Assembly (NCBI GenBank): GCA_963602035.1
Contig: CAVCHC010000002.1
Span: 8,649 to 72,648, forward strand
DNA: 64,000 nucleotides
Source: Acutalibacteraceae bacterium
Lineage (GTDB): Bacteria > Bacillota > Clostridia > Christensenellales > UBA1242
Reading direction: 5' to 3'
Every line of letters starts with the position of its first letter. Positions within the stretch are counted from its first letter, which is position 1. Below, one piece after another: positions 44,818 through 53,296 of this stretch. The notes under the pieces were generated by a model. The model saw only the letters and a program-made list of their open reading frames with translations. It was not told the DNA's origin and did not search any database. The position numbers and the translations under genes were made by a program.

Positions 44818-45226
44818 GTTTACCACGTCGTCGCAACACGAACTTGTTTGACGCTCATCTTTGCTAACGCAAGTGCTCGCTTTACTGGCGTTCGGTTGCT
44901 CCCACAACGCCAGCGAATTTTATACTAAAATTTTTGGCGAGCACGCTTGCGCGTGAATTAAAGCGGAGGAGATTGCCACGTCGCTAAGGCTCCTCGCAAT
45001 GACAATTGATAGTGGGATATTTTAACGACGACAGCAAGCGTAAATATATTTACAACGAACACTGACCGAAGTGCAACGTAGGTTTGGTGAGGAGCGAATA
45101 TATTTACGCGAATGTACCGAATAAACGATTGAAAATAAATATCCGCATTTCAACTTTAAACTTTCAACTTTAAATTTTAACAATGGGATTGCCACGCTGC
45201 GCTCGCAATGACAACATCTTTCAACT
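44818..45226. repeat. Mosaic repeat cluster R7
   Basis: Modules in order: half P 44818-44836; P unit 44971-45004; 13-bp inverted repeat GCGTAAATATATT / AATATATTTACGC (45038-45050 / 45097-45109); heptads 45143-45181; P unit 45185-45213; heptads up to the uvrC stop. Confidence 0.8.
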
Positions 45227-47539
45227 TTACGAATGAAGTTGGTTATAAATGCTTAGGGCAAGGCGGTCGCCGATGCCGTCAAGGCGCGCGAAGTCGTCAG
45301 GCGTTGCGGCCATAATCGCGTCCATAGATTTAAAGTGCTTATAGATAAGATTAAGGCGCGTTTTGCCCACTCCGTCAAGGCTTTCAAGGACGCTTTTGTA
45401 GCCCTTGCTCCTAACAAGACGGTGAAAGGTGACCGCAAATCGGTGCGACTCGTCACGCACTCTTATCAAAAGGCGCAGCCCCGGGTTGTCTTTCGGCAGG
45501 CAGATTGGCGTGCTTGACTCGGTTGTATAAATCTCTTCGTCGCGCTTAGCCAGGCTGACCATAGGTATGTCAAACCCGATTTCGTTCATCATCTTTTTGG
45601 CCGCGTGCAACTGGCCAAGCCCACCGTCGATAAGTATCAAATCGGGGCGACGGCTAAGGTTTTTGTCGCCATTTTTAAGGCTGGTTAGGCGCCTTGTAAG
45701 CGTTTCGGCCATACACGCAAAGTCGTTTGGCCCCTCTACCCCGCGAATTTTAAAGCGGCGGTATTCTTTTTTAGCGCTCTCGCCGTTTTCAAACACGACC
45801 ATACTAGACACATTGTTGGTGCCGCTGATGTTTGAAATATCAAAGCCCTCAATTCGATAAACGCTTTTAACGCCCAGGATGCGACACAACTCTTGCTGAC
45901 TTTCTTGCGTCAACTTTTCGTGGCGAATTATGCGGTCTTGCGAGTTGGTTGCGTACTCGGTAGCGTTTCTAATCGCGTTTTGACAAAGTTGCACCTTAAC
46001 CCCGCGCTCGGGTATGGTGACCTTGATATTCGTGTTAAACTTTTCGTCAAGAAAGGCCTTAATAAGCGCCGCGTTGTCAGTATCAAGCTGAATGCAAACC
46101 ACCTCTTTTGGCACCACGTTTTGGGTTAGGTAATAGTTACAGATAAACGAACTTAGCGCCCCCGCCTCGGTGTCAAACGCAAGCGTACTAGGAAAGTTAA
46201 CTTGCCCAACATTTTTGCCATTTCGTATCATCATAACGTTAAACGCACTCATCTCGTCAAGGCTTGAAAAACCAAACACGTCAACCGATTTCGTGCCGAT
46301 AAGGTCAGTGATTATCTGGGCGTCAAGCTTGTCTATCGTGGCCAGTTGCGTCTTGATTTCAATGGCTTGCTCAAACTTCATCTCGTCAGCCAGTTTAGCC
46401 ATTTTCTCTTTCAAAAGGCGCTTAATGGTGGCAGTTTTACCGTTTAAAAAGTCTTCCACCTCGTCGATAATATGGTTGTATTCCTCTTCGCTTACTCGCC
46501 CAACGCAGGGCGCAACGCAATTGCCCGTCTCTCCATGAACGCAAGGCCGTTTAAGTTTGGTGCGCGAAAAATCGGTGTTGCACCACCTTACGCGAAAGGC
46601 CGACTTGATGCACGCAACAATCTCGCTTATGTTCATCCCCGTAACAAACGGCCCAAACAACCCCTTGCTTGATTTTGGCCGCCTTACCACCTGAACGCGC
46701 GGAAATTTCTCGTCGCGATTGATGTAAATATACGGAAATGACTTGTCGTCTTTAAGCAGGATGTTATATTTGGGCATATGCTTTTTGATAAGCGTGTTTT
46801 CAAGGTTAAACGCGTCAAGTTCACTGTCGGTCAAGATATAGTCAAAATCAAAAACCGTGCTGGCCATAATCTGCGTTTTAAGGTTCTTTGGCGAGTTGTC
46901 AAAATAACTTTTAACGCGATTTCTAAGGCGCTTGGCCTTGCCTACATAGATTATCTCGCCCTGCGCGTTTTTCATAAGATACACACCGGGCGAAAGCGGC
47001 AAACTTTTAACCTTTTCTCTAAGCGCTTTTATGTTTTCACTGCGCACAAAATGGTCAACCTTCTCTTGCCTCTCGCCCTTTTCATCCCGCACACCATTTA
47101 CCTTTTCGCTTTGCGTTACACCGTTGTCGCCCCGCGCCGCATCGTCACTGCCACGTTTCGTCGAACTATTGGTAGGCGTAGACCCGCGCGCCGTCAAACT
47201 TCCGCCCAGTTGCGCTCTATCTTCCAGCCCATTTTCTGCCCCTGTACCCTCAACCGAACCGTTACTGCCGCGCCTCTCGTTACCGTCAAGCCCGCCAGCC
47301 TCTCTGCCCTTACGCACTTTGGTTTTTCTGTCAAACAATTCGTCAACTTCACTAACTTTATGTCCGCCGTCGGTACCGTATTTTCGGGCACTCACCTCAC
47401 CATCTTCGTTCAAAACACCCGCATTTTCACTTACATTTGTTCGCGAAAAGGCCGCAAAGTCCTTGCGGTTTTCAAACTCAGTTTTACGTTTACGCCACTT
47501 GTCGTCCGGCGTCCCCGACCCAATCAATCCATTTTTCAT
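45227..47539 (-). CDS. uvrC: Excinuclease ABC subunit C with a ~175-aa low-complexity N-terminal extension (canonical part starts near 47040)
   Basis: It has a GIY-YIG domain (GVYLMKNAQGEIIYVGKAKRLRNRVKSYF), the UvrBC domain, an Endo V-like domain and a (HhH)2 C-terminus. A TTGTAA-17-TATAAT promoter lies just upstream of the extended ORF. Confidence 0.8.
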   Translation of the reverse strand: MKNGLIGSGTPDDKWRKRKTEFENRKDFAAFSRTNVSENAGVLNEDGEVSARKYGTDGGHKVSEVDELFDRKTKVRKGREAGGLDGNERRGSNGSVEGTGAENGLEDRAQLGGSLTARGSTPTNSSTKRGSDDAARGDNGVTQSEKVNGVRDEKGERQEKVDHFVRSENIKALREKVKSLPLSPGVYLMKNAQGEIIYVGKAKRLRNRVKSYFDNSPKNLKTQIMASTVFDFDYILTDSELDAFNLENTLIKKHMPKYNILLKDDKSFPYIYINRDEKFPRVQVVRRPKSSKGLFGPFVTGMNISEIVACIKSAFRVRWCNTDFSRTKLKRPCVHGETGNCVAPCVGRVSEEEYNHIIDEVEDFLNGKTATIKRLLKEKMAKLADEMKFEQAIEIKTQLATIDKLDAQIITDLIGTKSVDVFGFSSLDEMSAFNVMMIRNGKNVGQVNFPSTLAFDTEAGALSSFICNYYLTQNVVPKEVVCIQLDTDNAALIKAFLDEKFNTNIKVTIPERGVKVQLCQNAIRNATEYATNSQDRIIRHEKLTQESQQELCRILGVKSVYRIEGFDISNISGTNNVSSMVVFENGESAKKEYRRFKIRGVEGPNDFACMAETLTRRLTSLKNGDKNLSRRPDLILIDGGLGQLHAAKKMMNEIGFDIPMVSLAKRDEEIYTTESSTPICLPKDNPGLRLLIRVRDESHRFAVTFHRLVRSKGYKSVLESLDGVGKTRLNLIYKHFKSMDAIMAATPDDFARLDGIGDRLALSIYNQLHS

Positions 47540-47613
47540 ACCAACTCTATCTCCATCGCCCAAACTACAATATCTTTATCTCGCCAAAACTCTTAGTTTT
47601 ACCTCTCGCACTA

Positions 47614-47642
47614 ATTATACCCAAAACCCGCCACCTTTACAA
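47614..47642 (-). promoter_or_regulatory. SigA-type promoter upstream of the extended uvrC ORF
   Basis: On the minus strand, TTGTAA-17 nt-TATAAT, about 70 nt upstream of ATG 47539. Confidence 0.55.
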
Positions 47643-47723
47643 GCATAATAAAAAACAATTTCAACTCATTACAATCGCCTGAGCCCATCCCTCGTCGCCC
47701 CACCCCTCGCAACAATAAAAAGT

Positions 47724-48031
47724 AGTACAATTATGTACCTTAGTCAAGTGTAAAAACCGCGAATTTGTGATGAATAAAAAAGAAAAGGCGTTGTCATCTG
47801 GGCGGTAGCTAGCCTCATTCGGCTGCAACGCTTAGTGACGTTGTCTTTTCTGCACTTAATCGCTAAATTTATATTACAACATTACATATTAGTCACGTGT
47901 AAAAACCGCAAGATTTGGATGAATATGGCACAAACAAAATGCCCGATATTGGATAAGTGTACTCATTCGTACTCGCGTCCAATTCGGGCTTTGCAGTTTG
48001 CGACATAGTCGCCAAATATTGCGGTTTTTAC
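47724..48031. repeat. Two tandem ~150-bp structured elements (candidate sRNA, MITE-like or 3'-UTR elements)
   Basis: Both share a ~50-nt head (GTGTAAAAACCGCNANATTTGNGATGAATA) followed by nested hairpins capped by the loop TCATTC. A 20-bp inverted repeat (47899-47918 / 48012-48031) encloses copy 2. Confidence 0.6.
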
Positions 48032-49095
48032 TCTAATGATGACAGGCGCGCCTGCTGCTCCGCCACCTGCAACGCCTCAACCATCTCGTCAATGTCGCCA
48101 TTCATAAAGTTTTCAAGGTTATAAAGCGTGAGGTTGATTCGGTGGTCAGTCACGCGGTTTTGCGGGAAGTTATACGTCCTGATTTTCTCGCTTCTGTCAC
48201 CGCTGCCGACTTGCAGTTTGCGCTTTTCGGCGTACTCTCGGTCAGCCTGCCCCTGATAATAATCATAAAGTTTAGATTTAAGCCAGTTTAAGGCCTTTTC
48301 TTTGTTTTTGCCTTGGCTTCGCTCGTCTTGACACGCAACGATAATGCCCGTTGGCTTGTGAGTGATGCGGATGGCGCTTTCAGTTTTGTTGACGTGCTGG
48401 CCGCCCGCGCCGCCGCTTCTATATGTCACGATTTCAAGGTCTTTTTCGTTAAGTTCGATGTTTACGTCTGGGTTTTCAGGCAACACCGCCACCGTGGCCG
48501 TTGAGGTATGTACGCGCCCCTGACTTTCGGTTTCAGGCACACGCTGTACCCTGTGCACGCCGCTTTCAAACTTAAATTTCGCAAACGCGCCCTTGCCCTT
48601 TACCATAAACGACACTTCCTTAACGCCGCCCGCCTCGGTATAGTTTCCGTCAAGCTCTTCAATTGAAAAGCGATGTTTGTCAGCAAAAAGGCCATACATC
48701 CTTTTAAGTTCGGCCGCAAAAAGCCCCGCTTCGTCGCCGCCCGCGCCCGCACGGATTTCAATGATAACGTTTTTGTCATCATTCTCGTCCTTTGGCAAAA
48801 GCAAGATTTTAAGTTCGTTTTCAATTTCCGCCAGCCTCTTTTTGTTAGACTGCCACTCTTCTTCAAGCAGGCTTAGCATATCCGCGTCGCTTTCAATCTG
48901 TTGAAGTTCAAGCGCCTCGTTCATATCCTTTTCGCACTTAATATACTCGTCATACTTTTCAACAATTGGCGTAAGTTCGGCGTGCTCTTTAACAAGTTTT
49001 TGCCACGTTGGCATATCCGCAATAACGTCAGGGTCGCTGATTTTTGCGGTAAGCTCAATAAACTTCTCTTTAATCTGTCTCAGTTTTTCAATCAT
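48028..49095 (-). CDS. prfA: Peptide chain release factor 1
   Basis: It has a PxT-class RF1 body and the GGQ motif (SGGAGGQHVNKTESAIRITH). Confidence 0.95.
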   Translation of the reverse strand: MIEKLRQIKEKFIELTAKISDPDVIADMPTWQKLVKEHAELTPIVEKYDEYIKCEKDMNEALELQQIESDADMLSLLEEEWQSNKKRLAEIENELKILLLPKDENDDKNVIIEIRAGAGGDEAGLFAAELKRMYGLFADKHRFSIEELDGNYTEAGGVKEVSFMVKGKGAFAKFKFESGVHRVQRVPETESQGRVHTSTATVAVLPENPDVNIELNEKDLEIVTYRSGGAGGQHVNKTESAIRITHKPTGIIVACQDERSQGKNKEKALNWLKSKLYDYYQGQADREYAEKRKLQVGSGDRSEKIRTYNFPQNRVTDHRINLTLYNLENFMNGDIDEMVEALQVAEQQARLSSLE

Positions 49096-49105
49096 AAATT
49101 GCTCC

Positions 49106-49927
49106 TTAATTAATTTTGACGGCTTTAATCATTCGCGGCTTGCCTTCAAGGTCACATTTGACCTCCATTTCCCTAAAATACGGCCTTAAAATTTCAGTCA
49201 CGGCCGCCGCCTGAGTTTCGCCAATCTCTAAAAACAACTGTCCGTTTGGCGCCAAATACTCGCCCGCGCGCGCTGCAATTTGTTTGTACACCGCCAAGCC
49301 GTTATCCTCTGCTACCAGCGCTATTTTGGGTTCAAAATTTTTGACCTCACCTTCAAGCAAATCGTATTCAGTATTGCTTATATACGGCGGGTTGCTAACA
49401 ATACAATCAAACCGTCCGCTTAAATTTTCAAACAGGTCAGACCGCACAAACTTAACATGCGCGCCCAACGCACAGTTATTCTTTTTGGCAACCATAAGGG
49501 CGCGCGCAGAGATGTCACTTGCCACAACATACTTAAACCCAAATTCAAGTTCAAGCGTAATAGCAATCGCCCCGCTGCCCGTACACAAATCCAAAACCCG
49601 CGCATTTTTGTTTACGTTTTTTGCAACCAGCTCCACAAGTTCCTCGGTTTCAGGACGCGGAGACAATACGCTTGTGTTAACAAAAAAATCTCGGCCATAA
49701 AAGTTCGCGCTGTGACTGATGATGGTAAGTGGCATCCCCGTTGCGCGCTTATTTGCCCACCTAAGAGCCTTGCGCTGCGCCGCGACAGTTACGGGAGTGT
49801 TTAGTTTAGTTGCGTTTCGTTTTACGCCAAGCGCCACCGCCACCAAAAACTCACCTTCGCTTGGGTCAGTTATCCCCGCGCATGTAAGCACAGCCTTAAC
49901 CTTGTCGGTCAGTTGTTTTATCGTCAT
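49106..49927 (-). CDS. prmC: Release-factor glutamine N5-methyltransferase
   Basis: It has a SAM-binding motif (VLDLCTGSGAI) and NPPY (VSNPPYI), and lies downstream of prfA. The start is set at MTIKQLTDK. Confidence 0.85.
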   Translation of the reverse strand: MTIKQLTDKVKAVLTCAGITDPSEGEFLVAVALGVKRNATKLNTPVTVAAQRKALRWANKRATGMPLTIISHSANFYGRDFFVNTSVLSPRPETEELVELVAKNVNKNARVLDLCTGSGAIAITLELEFGFKYVVASDISARALMVAKKNNCALGAHVKFVRSDLFENLSGRFDCIVSNPPYISNTEYDLLEGEVKNFEPKIALVAEDNGLAVYKQIAARAGEYLAPNGQLFLEIGETQAAAVTEILRPYFREMEVKCDLEGKPRMIKAVKIN

Positions 49928-50017
49928 AATTGCCAGCCTTTGTTTATTAAAAAAAATTCGTGCAAAATTAATACACGAAAAAAATGCAAACAAAATTTAA
50001 TGTTTGCATAAAAATAG

Positions 50018-50224
50018 CTATTTATTGTTATAGCGTTTATTAAACTTCTCAACCCTACCGCCGGCGTCAACAATTTTTTGAGCGCCCGTAAAGAAAGGGT
50101 GACATTTCGAACAAATATCAACTTTAATTTCGTCGCCTTTTTTGGTTGAGCCACATACAAATTCATTGCCACAGGCACATTTGATGGTAACTTTATGGTA
50201 GTCTGGATGAATATTCTCTTTCAT
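50018..50224 (-). CDS. rpmE: 50S ribosomal protein L31 (Cys-containing type)
   Basis: [26 protein letters not shown]. The start follows GGGAGGGG. Confidence 0.9.
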   Translation of the reverse strand: MKENIHPDYHKVTIKCACGNEFVCGSTKKGDEIKVDICSKCHPFFTGAQKIVDAGGRVEKFNKRYNNK

Positions 50225-50401
50225 TTTAACCCCTCCCAATTAAATTCTTAGATATTTTAAAACAATTACCATCGTTTGTCAAGCCTTTTTAGCAATTTGC
50301 GCGCAACAATTATCTACATCGTCTCGGGCGCGCAAAATACATACGTGTCTACTGACTGAGATTGCATAACGTCAACCACGTCAACCATAGGCGGAACCAT
50401 C

Positions 50402-50448
50402 AAAAAAAACACCTGCCTAACCCTCCTTTTTGTTAGTTTAGGCAAGTG
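50402..50448 (-). terminator. Terminator after hypothetical gene 50481..50888
   Basis: An 11-bp stem CACUUGCCUAA / UUAGGCAGGUG (one G-U pair) is followed by U8. Confidence 0.65.
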
Positions 50449-50480
50449 CCACATTTTTATTCCCTAAAAACACCTCAAAT

Positions 50481-50888
50481 TTAAACTTTAAAAATTTGAT
50501 TTAAAATCTCTTTTTCTTCCGTCGTTTCGGCGCGACCTAGTGAGTTTGCGTACTCTCTTACCGCCGCCTGATATTTTTTGATTGTTGCAATTTCTTTAAC
50601 GCGCCTTGATATAACCTTATCATCCATCAGCATTTCAAAATCTGTGATGTCAGTAAGAATACATTTTTTAAGGTCACGCCCCTCAAACCCCTCGGCAATT
50701 TCAGGGAATTTTGCATTTATCTCTTCTTCAATTTCGTTGACTTTTTTAAGTTTTATAAACCTTAAATACCCGCGAACAACGATGCATTTTTGCACCTCGT
50801 TTTCTAAAAACAACTTGGCGCCCGCCTCTTGCTCAACAAAATTTGTTATATGATTTATTAGTCTTTCATCACGTGAGAATTTTTTCAT
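50481..50888 (-). CDS. Hypothetical protein
   Basis: 135-aa ORF followed by a strong terminator. No family recognised. Confidence 0.5.
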   Translation of the reverse strand: MKKFSRDERLINHITNFVEQEAGAKLFLENEVQKCIVVRGYLRFIKLKKVNEIEEEINAKFPEIAEGFEGRDLKKCILTDITDFEMLMDDKVISRRVKEIATIKKYQAAVREYANSLGRAETTEEKEILNQIFKV

Positions 50889-50958
50889 TTTAGCCTCTTT
50901 AGACCTTAGTGTATATCAAAACCCACGTTCCGTCAACCCAATTTTGCATTTTTACGCG

Positions 50959-52329
50959 CTAGTTATCAAAATTTTTGTCAAATTCAAGGTCACCGCACAA
51001 ATTTTGCATATTTCCTGCCCCTAAAAGCAAAATTGTGTTATCCGGAGCCGCAAATTCTGCAATAAGTTTAAAAAGCGCATTTTTATCGTCAATTGCGCGC
51101 GCATTCAGCCTTAAATTGCAACTTTTTTGGGCGAGTGCTGTATGTGTTATGCCAGACATAGGTCTCTCTCTTGCAGGAAAAATCGAATAAAACGCCCGCT
51201 CGTCGGCTTCTTTTAGGCTAGATATAAAATCGTCAAAAAACGCAGCCGTCCTTGTGTACGTATGCGGCTGAAAAATGGCCAAAATCTTGCCCGTAGTAAA
51301 CGATTTTGCGGTTTTTATGCTGGCCTCTATTTCGGTTGGGTGGTGCGCATAGTCGCTATACACCGCCGCTCCATTTATGGTGCCTAACAATTGAAACCGC
51401 CTGTCAACGCCACGAAACCCGCCAACGCTTTTAGCAATCGTTTTAAAATCGATGCCCAATCGCAGCCCAACAAGTATGGTCGCCAGCGCGTTCTTGATAT
51501 TATGCTCGCCGCAAACCGAAAGGTGCACCCGCCCCAGCGTTGCGCCGTCAAAAATGCAGTCAAACGAATAGGTACCATTTCGCTGCATTTTTATGTTGGC
51601 CGCATTGATATCGCCGCCGTTTTCAACCGAAAACCCAACCGCACTGACCCCCTCGGGGAAATTGATATTTGGGTCGTCGGCGTTATAAATAAGCGCGCCG
51701 TCAGGCTTGATTTTTTGCGCGAAACTGAAAAAGCCCTTAATCACGCCCGCAAATGTTTTAAAAAAGTCAAGATGGTCAGCCTGAACGTTTAAAATCACGG
51801 CCGTATCGGGGCACAGCTTCAAAAAATTGTTTTTATACTCGCACGCCTCGGTAACAAAATACGCCTTGCTGCCCACGCGCACGTTCCCGCCGATTTTTGA
51901 AAACCACCCGCCAACGTGCACGGTCGGGTCAAGCCCCGCGTCAACAAGCAAATTCGCTATCATCGCCGTTGTTGTGGTCTTCCCGTGACTGCCCGCCACC
52001 GCGATAACGCACCCATAGTTTTTTGAAATTTCGCCTAACAATTGCGCGCGAGACAAAAGCACAAGCCCCCGCCGCTTCGCCTCGATTAGCTCGGGGTTAT
52101 CTTCACTTATCGCGCTTGAAAAAACGACGATGTCGGTATTAGATGTAACGTTTTCTTTTCTGTGCCCGATAAACACCGTTATCCCAAGCGCACGCAGGCG
52201 CGCCGCCTCCGTTTCGTCAAGGTCAGAGCCGGTTAAGCGCGCCCCCTCGCGGCTTAACAACACCGCCAGCGCACTTAAACTTACCCCACAAATGCCAACA
52301 ATATGAATATTTTTACCACCAAATTCCAT
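50959..52329 (-). CDS. murC: UDP-N-acetylmuramate--L-alanine ligase
   Basis: It has the Mur ligase N-terminal domain (HIVGICGVSLSALA), a P-loop (AGSHGKTTTT) and the C-terminal domain. Confidence 0.9.
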   Translation of the reverse strand: MEFGGKNIHIVGICGVSLSALAVLLSREGARLTGSDLDETEAARLRALGITVFIGHRKENVTSNTDIVVFSSAISEDNPELIEAKRRGLVLLSRAQLLGEISKNYGCVIAVAGSHGKTTTTAMIANLLVDAGLDPTVHVGGWFSKIGGNVRVGSKAYFVTEACEYKNNFLKLCPDTAVILNVQADHLDFFKTFAGVIKGFFSFAQKIKPDGALIYNADDPNINFPEGVSAVGFSVENGGDINAANIKMQRNGTYSFDCIFDGATLGRVHLSVCGEHNIKNALATILVGLRLGIDFKTIAKSVGGFRGVDRRFQLLGTINGAAVYSDYAHHPTEIEASIKTAKSFTTGKILAIFQPHTYTRTAAFFDDFISSLKEADERAFYSIFPARERPMSGITHTALAQKSCNLRLNARAIDDKNALFKLIAEFAAPDNTILLLGAGNMQNLCGDLEFDKNFDN

Positions 52330-52402
52330 ACTGCATTTTATGCACGACTTTCGCGCCGCGTTTTTGGTTTGACTTTTCCTATTTATATGCTAAAATGTAT
52401 GT

Positions 52403-52606
52403 ATGAAAATTTTTGGAGAAAGGCTTAAAGAACTAAGGCAGACTAAGGGCTTATCCGCCGCCAAACTTGGCAAAATTTTGGGTGTTAGCGACTCAACGAT
52501 TATCAGGTGGGAGAACGCAACCATCATCCCATCCGTTTTTAGCCTTAAACTTGTTGCCGAATATTTTGGCGTTTCGGCCGATTACCTTATTGGCCTTGAA
52601 GATTAA
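52403..52606 (+). CDS. Small XRE-family HTH protein
   Basis: 67 aa, essentially only an HTH_3 domain (LKELRQTKGLSAAKLGKILGVSDSTIIRWENA). Confidence 0.7.
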   Translation: MKIFGERLKELRQTKGLSAAKLGKILGVSDSTIIRWENATIIPSVFSLKLVAEYFGVSADYLIGLED

Positions 52607-52626
52607 CTGCCCCCATATTTAGGGCG

Positions 52627-52744
52627 TTTTGCGCCGCAACAACTTTTGTATTTGTTTATTTTTAAGGTACATTTCGCGCCTCAACAACTTTTATATTTGT
52701 TTATTTTTAAGGTATATTTCGCGCCGCAACAACTTTTATATTTG
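52627..52744. repeat. 45-bp tandem repeat x2.6
   Basis: The unit is TTTCGCGCCGCAACAACTTTTATATTTGTTTATTTTTAAGGTATA. Confidence 0.8.
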
Positions 52745-52822
52745 ATTGCGAACAACCCGTTTTTCGCGCTGTTCACCCTCGTTTAAATCAAGCGGGGGCG
52801 TTTTTATTTTGAAAAAAGGCAA

Positions 52823-52870
52823 CAAAAAAAGCGATAAAAACTTAGCCCCTTGCGGGAAAGAATTTATCGC
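52823..52870 (-). terminator. spoVG terminator
   Basis: On the minus strand, GCGAUAAA-loop-UUUAUCGC is followed by U7. Confidence 0.6.
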
Positions 52871-52891
52871 CTAAAAGTCTTATTATTTTGA

Positions 52892-53179
52892 CTATTCAGC
52901 TTGATTTTTAACAGCTTCGTTGAAAGCCTTTAAAATCAGCTCGCTAAGCATTTCGCGAGTTTCGGTGTTAGCAGGATGAACAGTGTCTTTATATTTTGCT
53001 TCGCCCTCTTCGTTAGTTTTGCGACTTGGCATAGCGATAAAGTACGTCCCCTCTTCTCTGCCTTCAATAACCTTGATGTCATGCACGATGATGGCGTCAT
53101 CAATTGTTAAAGATACGCTTGCTTTGATTTTGCTTGTTTCGTTCTTAACGATACGAACTCTGATGTCTGAAATTTTCAT
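52892..53179 (-). CDS. spoVG: Septation/sporulation regulator SpoVG
   Basis: MKISDIRVRIV...VHDIKVIEG..FIAMPSRKT...HPAN matches the SpoVG family closely. Confidence 0.9.
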   Translation of the reverse strand: MKISDIRVRIVKNETSKIKASVSLTIDDAIIVHDIKVIEGREEGTYFIAMPSRKTNEEGEAKYKDTVHPANTETREMLSELILKAFNEAVKNQAE

Positions 53180-53296
53180 TTTTTGCTCCTTTGATAAGTT
53201 TCATTACTTGTATTTTATACTAATCACAAAAAAAAGGCAAATATTTTTAAACAAATTTTCACAATTTTTCTAAAAACATTGCCTTAATTTAATTAA

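Noticed and set aside
46778-47648. Plus-strand ORFs of 272 aa and 205 aa overlapping uvrC
   Set aside because: They are antisense to a well-supported uvrC. The frames stay open only because the plus strand here is C-rich and lacks stop-forming triplets. They show no motifs and no RBS.
47724-48031. A CRISPR array as an explanation for the GTAAAAACCGC repeats (and for the minisatellites at 8339, 15550 and 52627)
   Set aside because: There are only 2-3 copies, one of them inverted. The intervening sequences are themselves homologous rather than unique spacers. There is no regular repeat-spacer periodicity and there are no cas genes in the window.
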